DNA of 64,000 bases. Source: the human T2T-CHM13v2.0 reference genome, Homo sapiens. Location: NCBI RefSeq assembly GCF_009914755.1, contig NC_060929.1. One strand, 5' to 3'. Position 1 is the first letter of the stretch. Every line of letters begins with the position of its first letter. The notes beneath the pieces are model-generated. The model had not been told where the DNA came from. It made no database searches and saw nothing but the letters and a program-made list of their open reading frames with translations. Position numbers and translations under genes: made by a program. This document shows positions 32,912 through 50,621 of the stretch, piece by piece.

Positions 32912-33322
32912 GGCCGGGCACGGTGGCTCAGGCCTGTAATCCCAGCACTCTGGGAGGCCAAGGTGGGTGTTCACCTGAGGTCAGACATGGTGAAACCCTG
33001 AATCTACTAAAAATACAAAAATTAGCCAGGTGTGGTAGCAAGTGCCTGTAATACCAGCTACTTGGGAGGCTGAGGCAGGAGAATTGCTTGAACCAGGGAG
33101 GCAGAGGTCTCAGTGAGCCGAGATTGCGCCACTGTACTGCAGCCTGGGTGACAGAGCAAGACTCTGTCTCAAAAAAAGAAAGAAAGAGAGAGAGAAGGGA
33201 AAGAAAGAAAGAAGGAAAGAAAGAAAGAAAGAGAAAGAAAAAGAAAGGAAGGAAGGAAGAAAGGAAGGAGGGAGGGAGAGACAGAAAAAAGAAGAAAGAA
33301 AGAAAGAAAAGAAAGAAAGAAA
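32912..33322 (+). mobile_element. AluS-like element with internal deletion and (GAAA/GGAA)n expanded tail
   Basis: TSD aagaaacagtttga on both sides. Confidence 0.95.
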
Positions 33323-33820
33323 AAAGAAACAGTTTGAACCAGTTCTCATTTGATGGAGGAGGGGGAAAGATAGACGGGGGTGGGGGTTGGGGTTGGGGGC
33401 TTGCGGGGGTGGGAAGGGGCCTGGCCAGAGGGCTGCAGAGGGCTGGTGGAAGAGAAGGAAAGGAGGGCTAGGCTTTAGGGGGCCCCAGCTGGAGGGAAAG
33501 GTAGCTGAGAAAAGCTGAGGCTGAGTAGGAGATAAATGACCTGAAAAGATTGCTCCATTATCCTTCCTTGCTCTGGGCAAAATGCAAAAGGTCATGCTTG
33601 GTTATTTTCCCCCCAACTCCCTCCTCACAGGGCCACTTAGACACTGCTCTGACATTTACAGCCGCAGAGGATCAGAGGCCTCTTCTGAGGCCTGGCTCGA
33701 GATTTCCACATTGGGAAAGTTCCAGTTTCTTTTTTTCTTTGGATGAGGCTGCTTGCTGCATCCCTCATAATTCTTCCTTCTCTTGACATTCCCCTTCAGT
33801 CCGAGAGGGAGAGCCAAGAG

Positions 33821-34318
<498 letters not shown>

Positions 34319-35464
34319 ACCTAAAGCAACTTGTTTGGGTCAAAAGATGTCCCTCATGATCTTCAGTCCTTTTCTCCAGCTCCCCAACCAAGGGGAAGTA
34401 GGCTTGAGTTATCACAAGAGTCATCCAAATTCAATGTCAAGGACTTCTTGACCATCAGGTTTATAGGACAAGGCAGTCCACAAAATCCCCCTCCCTCTAA
34501 ATCTTTGAGAATCTCTTCCATTCTCATACACCTGGGTGAGTGAAGATCTGTTCTCCCCTGCCACAAACCCCACTGCCTGGACAGGGAATTCCCGGGACTT
34601 GAGAATGGCAGCAAGTGTGGCAGGTGGAAGATGGGAGGACAACAGATGCCGAGTAAGCAGAGGGAACCCCTCCCCTCCTACATGCTATTTCTTTGAGATT
34701 AAAATATTTGTTTCTTCCTGGGCTCTGGTCAAGCCCATATCTGGGAAAGCATTTATGCTTAATGTCCTCAACCCATTAGCAACCCGGCATGGGGCTCTAC
34801 TAATCAGGGTCCTTAATGGCAGCACCGTGAAGAGTGAGGCTGTAAGTGACTGCACCTGCTTCCCAGCCTCAGCTGGAGAGGAAGTGTCTAGACAAGACCA
34901 GAGACTAGGTAGGCTCAGCGGTGGCCTGAGAATGATTCATGCCGGCTTAGGAGGCTGATCTGACCTAATGATAACCTGTCCTCCCACCTCCAGTTTGGTA
35001 GGGGTGCAGAGGAGGCTCCCTGGTTACCTTGGCTGAAGTAGCAAGACCCCCCAGTCCTACTCAGCCTCCTCTTCTCTCCTCAAATTACAGAACATTGGCC
35101 TCCTTTAGAGCATGTTCTTCTCCCAGCATCCAGCATTTATTGAGCACCTCTATGTGCAAAGGACTCCTTCCCGCACCAACTGCTTTTCATTTCAAAATCC
35201 ACAAGCTCGTACTTGAGTCTGTCACCAAATAGGGGGTGAGGGCCTTTGACCTGGAATCTAGGGGATACCTAGGGATCCTCTAGTGCTCAGACTGTGTGGG
35301 CTGCACCTTCTGCAGCCACTCTTGATGAGTTGGGTTCTTTGGCTTTGATCTACAGAGGGAGTATTTGGAGAGCCCTTATTTAAGAGTAACCAGATATTCT
35401 AAGGATCAAGGCCAGTCTCGAAGTATTTGCCTCTTGCTTCTCTTGACATGATGTGTTTGGTCCT

Positions 35465-36319
<855 letters not shown>

Positions 36320-36481
36320 GTTCCACTAGACAACTCAAACCACTGCAGCTCTCCCAGATTCTGGAAAGGAAAGATATCCCACTCCACCCCCACTCAATGA
36401 AACACTTGAGACAGGAGGTGAGTTTCTGCTTCAGAAGGACATGGAGTCATGCTTTAAAAAGGACTATAGAAAAAACAAACA

Positions 36482-37010
36482 GGCTGGGTGCAGTGGCTCA
36501 TGCCTGTAACCCTAACACTTTGGGAGGCCAAGAAAGGCCGATCACTTGAGCCCAGGAGTTTCAGACCAGCCTGGCTAATGTGCTGAAACCCCGTCTCTAC
36601 TAAAAATACAAAAATTAGCCAGGCGTGGGTGTGCGTGCCTACAATCCCAGCTATTCAGGAGGCTAAGGCAGGAGAATTGCTTGAACCTAGAAGGTGGAGG
36701 TTGCAGTGAGCTGAGATTACACCACTGCACTCCAGGCTGGGCAGCAGAGCGAGACTCCATTTCAAAAAAAAGAAAAAACAAACAGATTGGGTGCAGTGCC
36801 TCATACTCTTGATCCCAGCACTTTGGGAGGCCGAGGTGGGCAGATTGCTTGTGCTCAGGAGTTTGAGATCAGCCTGGGCAACATGGCAAAAACCCATCTC
36901 TACAAAAAACACAAAAAAATTAGCCAGGTGTGGTGGTGCACACCTGTGGTCCCAGCTACTTGGGAAGCTGAAGCATGAGGCTCACTTGAGCCCAGGAGGC
37001 GGAGGTTGCA
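36482..37010 (+). mobile_element. two tandem Alus (36482-36783; 36786-37010, 3'-truncated)
   Basis: Sense Alu sequences. Confidence 0.93.
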
Positions 37011-39515
37011 AACAACATAAGAGAAACAACATAAGAGAAACCATCAAGTGCCAGTGACTGGTTCTTGTTCATTCTCCCCTCGTTTATGGGAACTTCAGAG
37101 CCTGGAAGAGGTAGAGCACCTCTAAGGGGGACACCACACAAAGCCACCACACTAAGCCACCACTGTCATCAGAGCCACAGGGCTGGACAGTGCTGACTTT
37201 TCTCCTACTCGGAGGGGAAAGCCTATATGGACACCTGTATTCCAGGCCACCAACAAGCCCGATGGTTGTCCAAGAGCTCAGGGCCTCCTCTCTCCTGCCT
37301 TTTCTATTCTGGTTCCTCAGCCTCAGGTCTGAGCCATGGGAAACCCTCTCCAATCTGCTGCAACAGAACATCACAAACTGCTCCTGTTGTGGTCTGGGCT
37401 GCCAGTTCCCTAGCCTGCTGTTGCTACTGGAAGAAGACTATGACATCAGTAATCTCTCCCCATGCCAGTCCCTTTGTAGGTGGAAGGTGCCCATTTGAAA
37501 AGAATCACATCTAAAGCAGACAATTCAAAGCAATAGGGACAATGAAGGAAGCAAGAAGTGCCAACTGGGTGAAGCCGTGTTTCAGCCAGGCCCCATTATG
37601 CCTACACTTTTCTCAAGGCCCAGCCTCCCCACATGGCCGGTTCAGGCCCATCTGCCCAGCTCTCTTCCCCTTGCCTGCTCCTGGGCCCTGTCAAAATGCC
37701 AGCTCTTCCCTTCTCTGTCCCCTCTGCCTTCCAGGCTCCACCTGGCCCATCCCCAAGATGTCCAAACCTCCCAGCTGGAGGCTGGATTAGCAGCAGGCAG
37801 GGTAAGCCCGGCTGGGGCTAGAACAGTAGGTCTGAGCTGATGAACCTGTGTTCCAGAGCCAAGGGTAGATGGGAACACTAAGCAATTGAAATGTCACCTG
37901 CTTCCTGCTCCCCCCTCCCTACCAGGACATGATCTCCCTAAAGGCAGACTTTGGAGATGGAAGACCTGTGCTTGACTCGGATCTGTCCCTTTCTAGCAGC
38001 TAGCTTTGTACAAGTTAGACCCTCTAAGTCTCCACTTCCTCCTTTGTAAAATGAGGGCAGTAATTGGGGTAATTTGAGAAGGAATGGTAAATTGGTAGCT
38101 GAGGTACAGCTCTTAGCTTTTAGTTATCCTTCTCATGCCCTGCCCTTTCTGTCACCCTGGGCACTGGTCATGCAGGAGATGCTCTCTTGGCTGCTAGGGG
38201 GGTTGGGATGCCCCAGGAGGCAGCCCGCACCTTGCCAAGGAGCAGCCGGAGCCCTGAAACCTCCAGGAAGGGGTGGAAAAGCCTCTATCTGTGCTGTCTT
38301 TCCACAGAACCAAGGGAGAGGGTGGCCAAGAACTTAGGTGAGAAGAGGCACTGTGGGTGGCGGGGTGGGGTGGGGGCTCATTTCCATAGTTTTGTCCCAG
38401 AAGAATGTGCTGGGTATTTTTCCTGCTTTGCCCTGGCCAGGTTTGAAGGAGGAATCCCTGCTGGAGATTGATGTCACAGGCTTGCCTTCCCCTCCCCAGC
38501 TTCATCCTTGTGATTTAAAGAAATTATTTGGACATAGAAGTTAATGGAAGTAGGTTGCTAGTGTGTGGGCGAATCCATCACTGTCTCCCAGCATTCCAAG
38601 AGTGGATCTGTCTTTCAGGGTGAGATATCCTAGAGCGACTTTCCAAGGTCTGAGAAATAGAGTCTACCTTGGGAGGACAGGGCCGGGGGCATTGTGGACA
38701 GGGATTTTAGAAAGCTGGGGTGACTGCACGCTACTTCTAGGGCCTGGCTGGAGGACTTTCTTTACTTATGGGGGAAGGGAGGGAGACGGTATTGGCACGG
38801 ATGGGGATGCTGCTTCTCTACCTCCGTCCCCAGCTGTCTTCTGCCCCAGGAAGTGGATAGGAAATAGACGGACACATCCCCGCAGTCCACTGCTCAGGAT
38901 GAGGAGGGCTGATTTTGCAGCTGTCAGTGGCAGTGATGAAAGAGGTGGAGGTGAGGGGAGGAGGGGGTGCTGTTTGATGGAGCAGTGCTGTCGGGGGAAG
39001 AGGACTAGCTCCCCTTCCTTCCATTCCCCCATTCTCTCAGCTCAGCACTTCCTGGAGGTAGCATTCTGGGAGGGAGCTGCTTTGAAAGCACAAAGAACTA
39101 GTGCTGGAAGGCTGAGGGGTGGGGAGGTGTGAGGAGGAGAAGATAAGTATTCAGGAGGGGGCAGACTGCCCCTCAAGCCCCACACACAGCCAGGCCTTCT
39201 CCACAGCCTAAGTATGTGATGTGTGTGTGTATGTGTGTGTGTCCACGCCTACATGTAGTGCGAGCATGGACTTGCAGCTATGAAGTGTTGACAGGGAGAG
39301 TGACTAGGGACAATGCAGAAGCTGTTCTCCACCGGGCAGATGGCTCCTCTCAGGTACTTGCTCGGGTCTTCCTCTCTCCACTCCTTCAGTTCTCTCTCCA
39401 CTCCTTCTCCTTGTTTTGTCTTTCTCCTCCTCAGTTTCTCAGCATCCCCTTTGCTTTCCCCCTCCCTCTCTTCTAGCTGTCATTCAGATGCAGCAAGATG
39501 GATTTAAATCAGACT

Positions 39516-39568
39516 GAAGATCCAATGTGGACTCTATATGGCAAATAAATAAATTAATTAATTTAAAA
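39516..39568 (+). mobile_element. tiny tailed retro-insertion of unidentified origin
   Basis: 27-nt body plus A-rich tail between direct repeats aaatcagact (39506-39515, 39569-39578). Confidence 0.65.
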
Positions 39569-40412
39569 AAATCAGACTAACGAATAAACTGGGAAAGGGC
39601 AGCTGCAGATGGTCCAGGAGAGAGAATCCTGTAGGTTATGGAATGTTAGAACTAAACACCAGAGGAGTCTGCGGGTCTCTTCTGCACCTGTACACAGGAA
39701 GCTGGAGGTCCTTTGGGAAACATGTCTCATTGGCTCTGGGGGCAGTTGCTGGGGAGAAGCAGCATCTCCCCTCTTGTGCTTCCCATGGCTGGCTGATCCC
39801 CCGACAACACACTCATAGCCCTGAGATAATTGACTGTCTCAGCCCTTTCTTTCTTAGGCTCAGAGGAAGAGCCTGGTCTTTCTACACAGACCATGACTTT
39901 TCTCATGAAGCTGGGGACATCTGCAGGCTGGATGGCCTCCAGAGCTCTAGGCATGTGCCCAGAGGCCAGGCTGCCAGGCCCAGGTATGACAGCCTAGGCG
40001 TCCTCTCAGGTCGACTGCGCTTTAGACATTCTCCTCCTTGGTCCCTGATCCCCCTTGAGGAAGTCCAGCTCTGATTCAGGCTGTGGCAGTATCGGGGGGC
40101 AGCCTAAAGTGAGGACCCTTCTGGTAGGGCCTGCTCCTGCAGCGGCTGTCTTTGGGCATTGTGATTAGAATCTACTTTAATCATTCTTTCTCCCCGCCCC
40201 CCACACTGGTTTCAGCCAAACCAGACAGAAGGGGGCGCTCCTGAGTCATCCGAGAAGAGGATTCTGGGCTGATGCCTTAGCCCTGGCTCAGGGAACATCG
40301 GAAATTTTGTCTGTTCATCCATCAATCTGAAGGTGACTGGTGCGGTCACCTCGTTCTCTTTCTTCCTTTGCTTTCTTTCTTAAGAGATAGCGTCGGCCTT
40401 TCTTAAGAGATA

Positions 40413-40986
<574 letters not shown>

Positions 40987-41894
40987 CCACTCACCTGCAG
41001 ACTGACAGATGGACAATTTTTTTCTAGCAGGACCAGACAGAGACTTGGAGGAAACACTTTTATGACTTGTCCAGAGACTCCCTGGGCTGGAAGGAATCTG
41101 GCCTCTGCCTCTGGGAGATCAGCAAGTGGGGCAAGTCTTTGTCTGGGGCCACGGCCAAGGCTGGCTGGGTCCTAGGCTGGGGACAGTGTAACCCCTGACC
41201 ATTTGCCAGCCCCCAGTAGCTCACCCTGGTCTGACTGTCTTGGCAGAGCTGAATGTCCCAATTTTCTTCAGAACTTTTTCCCAGGTTAATCTGTGTTGCT
41301 ATTGCCCATGACCTGCTCACCACCTTCTTCATCATGAAAAAAAAAATGGCTTTCTCTCTTTCTCCCAGATCTCACAGTCCTCTGTGACTCTTCCTGGCCC
41401 CATCAGATGGGGATGGGCTGAGCCTAGAGTACTGAGCTGGTCGGCAGGGTGCAGCACATTCCTTACCTGGAGCTGACACTGTTAGGACTTTCTTCCCAGT
41501 TGTCTTCTTCGGGCTTCCTCCTCCCCACCCTGTCACCCCAAAGCCTCCCACACTTGGGAGTTTCTCCTTCCAGTAACAGGGCCTGCATGAGCACTGGCTT
41601 AGGGGGATGGGGTGGGGGGTACGATGCCTGTATCAGGTTACACAGCCCCAAAAGAAAAGGCTGGCTTTTTGGCTTCTAGCACCTCCAAATTCTCTCTGTC
41701 CAAAGGATGAGGAGCAGTCCTGGGTGTGGTGGCTGGTGTGGAGGATGGGACCTCTGGGCTGCCAACAAAGGCATTGCCAGCAGAGCTGAGGGCACAGGCC
41801 AAGTCTGGAGTCTGTGGACTTGTACTTGGGACATGCCCAAGTCATCCCTATGTCTACACCCTTCCATCTGACCAAGTCATCTGTTCCCCCAGAG

Positions 41895-42414
<520 letters not shown>

Positions 42415-43714
42415 CCCTAGAGCCTGGCTCTGTAGAAACTCTCAGGACTTCAGGGGTCTACCTCATCCCACAGGGCCACAGGGTTGCCTTGGGGGTGGTG
42501 TGGGGTTGCCCTACCCTTTTAAAATGCCCTAAGGGTCCTGACAGCTACGGGTGGATACCCAGCCTCAGCTCCAGCCCAGCCCTACTGAGGCATTAACTCT
42601 GGAGCTCTCTAGGGCAGTAGGGGGTAGGGAAGAGGCCTTCTCTGATTGAAAATCTGAAGAGAAGAAAATTGCGTGGGCCTGTAGCCTTTTCTTTGCGTCT
42701 CTCAGCTCTTTCACCAAGGACGTTTTCCCTGAGGTTTCCTCTAAATTCTCCCAGCTGCAGATCACGGCACACACTGCAGACCCCTGAGACACCCACCTGT
42801 GAAACCAGTGTGGGAATGGACCAGTGAGGTGCACATCTGTGGGAAGGGCCAAGGATGAGGAAACTGTATCTGTTCAAAGCCCATCGCAAATCAGCTTCTT
42901 CATCCCTCTCAAAGGTCAAAAGCATGACAGGGCCCAGAGGAGTGTTGGTATTTTCAGAGGAGAAGGCAGTGAGGATTTGGGAGCAGTCCACCCTCCTCAG
43001 CCACATCTCAGATCTCCTTGCTGAAATAAGGCCTCAGCTGGACCAACAGAAGACAGGGAACTTAGGCACCTGGAAGAGGTGCAGACCTTATCCATCCTCC
43101 TGTGTGTCCCCCCACCCCAAGCCTGATACCAGGCCCTCTGTATAGGGGCAAAACTTTTTCCATTCTAAACGAACATTTACTCCTTTTCTCCAGGACACTG
43201 GGCATTAGCTGGACATCGGCCTGTTCAGGGGACCTCAGGCTTGAGACAGAAATGAGGAAGCACAGAGATCAAAGCCTCCTTCCCAGACAGGAGTGACTTT
43301 GAAGTTCACTGGCATTGCAATTAGGAATGACTTCCGCAGAGGGCAGGGATGGAGGAAAAAAAAAAGGAAAAAGGAATGGCTTCCCTGACTACAGCTCCAG
43401 AAACCTCGTTTTCATAGCCCCTACTACTTAGGGAACTGGGAGTTTGGGCCAGTTTGGTGGTGGCTCCCCAGTAGGTAATCTGAAGGCCTGGGGTGGGGGT
43501 AAGGAGGGGAGTATAGGGATCACTCCTATTAATTGACACTTCCCATGGCTAAGGTGCTGTTCAAGGCATTTTACGTGTTTTGTCTCATGAAATCTGCAAA
43601 CTACTCATTGAATTAGGTCTAATCATGATTTCTATCTTACAGACAAGTAAACAGAGGCACACGCAATGATAATAAAAATCAGAATAGTAATAATAATGAT
43701 AACATTTTAACAGC

Positions 43715-43949
<235 letters not shown>

Positions 43950-46900
43950 AAACCGCTTTAAAAAAAAAAAAAAATTGACACAGTGCCAGTCTTGGTGCAA
44001 GCACATGATGTATATGGTACTATTAAATCCTAAGAATTCATCATATTATCCCGATTTTCAGCTAAAGAAACAATCTGAGCAAGAAGTGACTTCACCAAGG
44101 TCATGGAGTCTTAGAAAATGACCAAGCCAGGAGCCAAACACTCTTCTCTCCAATTCCAACCAATCAGCAGCCTGTGCTGCTGATTCCTTGGCAAGATTGC
44201 CTCCCAAGGGGACCATGGTAGAGCAAGCAGTGGTGATGGAGGAGGGTCCCGTTGGCCTTTGAAAGCAGGAGAACCCTTGCCCGTGGGCTGGGCCAGGAGC
44301 TGCAGCATCTGGCATGCTGGGAAATTGTGGAGGAGCCCTCCTTTGCCCCCACTCCATCCCCACCTGACAGGGAAGGAAGCTTTGATGCTGTTTTCTCGCC
44401 CACAGGGGACTGGGGTTTGTAAAACAAACTCACAGCCTGCAGGAAAACAGATCCTGGAACAGCCCAAACAGAAAGGCAGGGGCTGCTTGCTGTGGCCCAA
44501 AGCCCCTGCCTCCCTGCTCAGTCTCAGATGTGTGCCTCCACCTTGGCATTCTGTCTGGGCTTCCTGTCAGTCCCCGCTCTCTCTCCATCCTCACTGTGAA
44601 TCTTGCAGGGCTACAGTTGCCTTGGTAACATGATGGGAAGCTCTTGAGGTTTTCTGGAACCAGAGAAGGCTGTGGAGGGAGGACTCAGGCTCTGTTGGGC
44701 TGCTTGTCACAAAGGGAAGAAACCACTCCAGTGCTCCTGCCCCTGCCAGTCCTTCCTTGGGTCTGACCTCAACCTCTTCTGTTGCATCTGCAGGAGCTTT
44801 GTTTGGGTGGCCTATAGGGCTGGGCCTGAGAGGAGGGAGCTGTCACATACTGCTCTGTCCTTGGAGTTGACTGCCACTGTCACCAGAGCTAAATTCCTAC
44901 TTGCTACCATGACCTGGCCCTGTAGCCCTAATTGGTTTTATGAAGTTCAATGCCTGTTTTTTATGAGACAGATAATTATGATGCGGGGAGGTCAGGTCCT
45001 CCTCTGCTGGACCTGGCGGGGTCTCCAGAATTGCTGATTCTCCAATCGGCTCCAGGCAGACTGATGGGATCAGGGTGAGCCGAGTGCAGCCAGGCTGTGG
45101 AAGGAGAGCGAGTCTCCACTTTCCAGTCTCTGACGGGATCAGGGAGGAAAACGTGCACCGCCTGCCCCGTGAAGAAGCCCATGCCTGTGAAGTGGGCACC
45201 TGTGATGCCGTCCCTCGTGGGTATGAGGGATAACAGGCAGTGGGGTGGGAGGGGCAGCTCTCTCAGGCTAGAGGAATCCAACATGGGGCTGCCTGCGGCT
45301 CCGCGAAGAAATCCTCAATCTTTGACACTACGGGCACCCCGTGAAGATGTTTTTTTCCTCCATCTCTCCTTCTAGTCTTCTTCCTTTCCTTTCTCCCACA
45401 GTCTCAGTTCGAAATATGGCCTATTTCTTCCCTATGTCTATGTCAGTTTCCGTAACTGGTATCTCTCCCTGCCCCCCAATCCGCCCCCACCCTCCCCAGG
45501 TGAGAGTTGACTTGCTGTGCCCTGGAGGGCAGTTCTAGGAGGGTGGAGATGGAGGGGAGGGCAGGGCAAGCTGTTCTGCTGACACTGGATGGCTCCCCTC
45601 CGATCCTCCTGGTCAGGAAGACCGCGGCAGGTAGAGGCTTCCATGCTTCGCTCCAGGCTGGGAGCAGCTGTCCACAATTGTGCCTCCCAGATGGGGTGAG
45701 AGGTTGGCCCCATCCCTAGAACAGGCCACACAGCTGTGTGCCCTGTGTGTTTGACCCACTCATGGCAGACACAGAACTGCACTTTCAGACTAAGCCAGTT
45801 GTTGGGTGTGGCTGTGGGACAGGATGACCTCAGGAAGACCCTTACACATTCCACAGATTACCAAGTTCCCAGCTTCCCTTGCTTTCTGACTCAGTGGCCA
45901 ATTCCTCAGGAGTTGCCTTCTCTTTAGAGTAAGGCCAATCTTGCAGGAAAGAAGGGAGGAGTGAGACTGGGGCCCAGGTAAGAAGGGCCTGGGGTCCCTG
46001 ACTGCAGAGGCCAGCTCCTCTCTATCCCTCCTCCATTTAATTAGCTAATGTCTGTAAAGGGCTGGGCAATGGAAAAGCCCTATACAAATGTTGAGCACAA
46101 TTTCATTTCCAAGACTAGACAAGAATATATTTGCAGACTTGAGCAAAAGGTCACTGGGCCTGCCTGGGACAGAGGGAGGACTCCCTGCAGGCCCCAGAGG
46201 GAGGATGACCCTGAAAGACTGGGGCAGGAGAAGGAGAGGCCACAGTGGGGGCCGGCATGCCTGCCTCCTTGGTCTTTAAGCTGGGTCTCTTGGTACCATG
46301 CCTGCCTTGCACTGTCCCCGTTCCTTGTGAATCCCAGGGTCCTAGAAGCTTACCCCTCTCTGCAGGGACCACCCTCAGAGACTTTCCACCAGAAGATTAT
46401 GCTAATATCCACAACAGCTGATGTTTATTGAGTATTCACTGCATGCCAGGCTGTGCTAGAGGCCAGAGTGCTCCGGCTTGGGGAGACGTGGCTGCCTCTC
46501 TGCAGCAGGTGAAGGAGCTTTTCCAGTGAGGGAGCCCCTGCATGCTGCAGACTCTGCCTGAAATCTCTCCGAAACCTTTGGGAGATTGGTATCACTTATC
46601 TTCTCTGACCAATGAGAACAGTTCCTGGTTTTGTGATCTCCCAAGTCCCTGGTGTGGATGTTCTGTGAGCTTCTGAATTCTCCTCTCCTTTCCCCACTGA
46701 CAACTCACCTGGCCCTACACTCATTATGAAAGAATATTGAGGCCAATTAGCCTTGACAAGCTTCATGCCCAAGGGGCAGCTTTCAAGTTTCTGGTCCTCT
46801 AAGACCTGCTCAGGCCACCTATGTGTCTCTGCCCACTCAGAATTCTAGGAGCAGCTCCCCTCTCCATCTCTGGGCAGGACCTGGCTTTGAGTAAGGGCTA

Positions 46901-48284
46901 GAGTGAAGGAGACTGGGAGAGGGGAATAGCCAGCTTTAGCCTCACAGCCCCGTAGTCAAGGGGAGTCCTCTGGGAGGGCGAGAAGAATAGCAAAGCAGGG
47001 AATGGAAGGTTCAGGAAGAGGCAGGCGGGACAGGGAAGGGAAATGGAGAATGTGTTTCCAACATCCCCTGGGTTTCCTCTGTCCCTGTCTCCTTCCCCCA
47101 CTGAAAGAGGAATGGAGCTGGCTGGCCTTTCTGGGAGGCATAGTCCTCTAGCCTCCCAACCCTACCAGCCTCCTCTCTGTCCCCAACTGCTCCTTCTCTG
47201 GCTTCTCTCCAGAGCCCAGGGCCTCCCTGTGTCATCAGTTCATTATCATTCTGATAAAAGTCATTAGTCCTTGAAAAAGCATGATTCCCCAGCTGAGGCC
47301 AGCCCCCGCTAACCTGGGGAGGAATACAGATGGATGGAGATGTGGGGGTGGGGACAGACAGAGGCACAAACACAATGACACTTGTTTCCAGGAGGTGTGT
47401 AAATGGACACAAACCCACTGGTGCACACGGCCACACACCTTTACACACAGGCCCAGGGATGTCTCACATGGTCACCAGAGAGCCCACAGGGCTACATCAC
47501 TGGAGGCACACTCAGCTGCTTCCAGTCCCAGAGAATCACTCGACACTGAGACCCAGCACCCAGCAGCCTCAGCCTCCTGGAAACACAGAAGCTGGGCTCC
47601 GCAGACTCTGGGGGCGGGGGCAGGGAGTGGAATATGGAGGCCAAGGTTAGAGATCTCCGAGTTCCATTAGCCACAAGAAGCGTGTCCGGAATCTAAAAGT
47701 GCAGGGACAAGGGCGCTGCAGAGCCGGTTCCTGACAGTGTGTCCCCATTTCCCACCCCTTCCACCACTGGGAAGCTCCTCCCTGTCAGCAAAGCCATTTA
47801 GGGATTAGAGCAGCTCCCTCAGTAAAAGCTGCTTATTCAAAAGGTGCTTTCAGTTCATTTGCATTCACTTCATGGATATTATAATGCGTGGAGGAGCTTC
47901 CTCCTCAGTCCCTCTTTGCTGTCCCCAGATTGAGTCCCTGGCCCATGCAAGGTATCAGTTTGGGCTGGGCCAAGCTTTCCAGTGACCTGGGGATCTTGTC
48001 AGGGAGTGGGAGGTGATAAACACTGACCATTAACCCCTGGTCCTCAGAAGGCAGCTCCGGGGACAGCTAGGAGGGGTCACAACTGGAGTTTTCCCAAGGG
48101 AGAGGAAGGAGGCCAAGGTCTGGAGAGGCCTCTCAATTCCCCCGGGGTCATAAGCCTGGTCTCCTAGGGAAGGAGGAATCTGCCCAGCTGCTGTCTGCAG
48201 ATGGGGCTGCCACAGGGGAGCAGGCAGAGTCAGCCTCAGCTTTGAAGACCTTCTCTTTGGCAGCCACCCCACCCCGGCTCCATG

Positions 48285-48560
48285 CATTCAGTTCATTCAA
48301 AGAGTATTTAACTAACACCATGATGTGTGAAGCTTGATGCTAAGTAACTGGAATACAGTGTTGACCAGGCAATGTGGCCCCTGCCTTCACAGAGCTTCCA
48401 CTCCAGGAGTGAAAACCCACAAAAAATGAAGACACAAGACAATATGGAATAATATGAATTATACCTAGTACCATAACAAACAGGGCGCTAAGATAGAAAG
48501 TAATAGGTCAGGGCCGGGGGACCGTCTTCAGATGGGGTGATCAGTAAATGGTGGACACAT
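48285..48560 (-). mobile_element. L2 LINE 3' fragment
   Basis: cattcagttcattcaaagagtattta...cctgccttcacagagctt. Confidence 0.7.
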
Positions 48561-48636
48561 AACACACCTGCAGTTGAGGCTTCAGGGAGCCAGCTTCGCA
48601 CGACTGCACTCCAGCCGGGGCAACTCTGTCTCCTAA

Positions 48637-49445
<809 letters not shown>

Positions 49446-50212
49446 TGAGGCGAGGATCCTGAGCTCGAACATTTACAGGTAGCATTCAGGATTGAAAACT
49501 GATTTATAGTCTGAAGGCAGGCAGGAGGGAGCGGGAGGAAGGTGGGAGCTCTGTGTACAGTGCAGCCTTGTGGGGCGGCGGTAATTATATATTACGTTGA
49601 ACTGTCCTTGCAGCACGGTGAAGGGCAGTGGGAATGAGACTCTAAATCACGCTTCCGTGATGCTCCCCATAGCTCACCTCCCTGTATGTGGCCCCAGAGG
49701 CCAGGGCTGACACTTCTCCCTTCTCCCCAGCCCCAGCACCACCGCCTGCCCCCACCCCCACACACACAGAGCCCAGTGGCAGGGCCAGCCTGACTGACTG
49801 GGGGAGAGCAGGAAGATGGGATGTGAGCAACTCTGGCAGCTTCCAGGGGCTGCTCATCCTGCAGGCCTCATTGTTTATTGCCCCCGCAGCCGCCAGCACT
49901 TCCCACTCTCTACCCCGCTTCTTCCACTGGGGCCTGTATGTGCGCTGTGTTGTTTGAAAAAGACATCCCCGTCCTTCCTTCATTCATTCTCCCCTGTAGC
50001 ATCTCTCTTCTTTACACCACAGCCACACAGCCACCACCTTGGTTCGAGTGGGGCCTCATCACTTCTCACCTGGATTTCTGCCACCATCTCCTAACCAGTC
50101 TCCCTCTAGCGTGCCCCTACTCTTAGTCCATCATCCTTTACCTCGTTGCCATGGTAATCTCCCTAAACACACCTCTGACCATAATCTTGATCTCATTTGT
50201 CTGGGAAGTGGG

Positions 50213-50621
<409 letters not shown>

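Noticed and set aside
39509-39523. tcagactgaagatc resembles the tRNA-Phe anticodon arm
   Set aside because: No A/B boxes or cloverleaf; part of the match lies in the TSD
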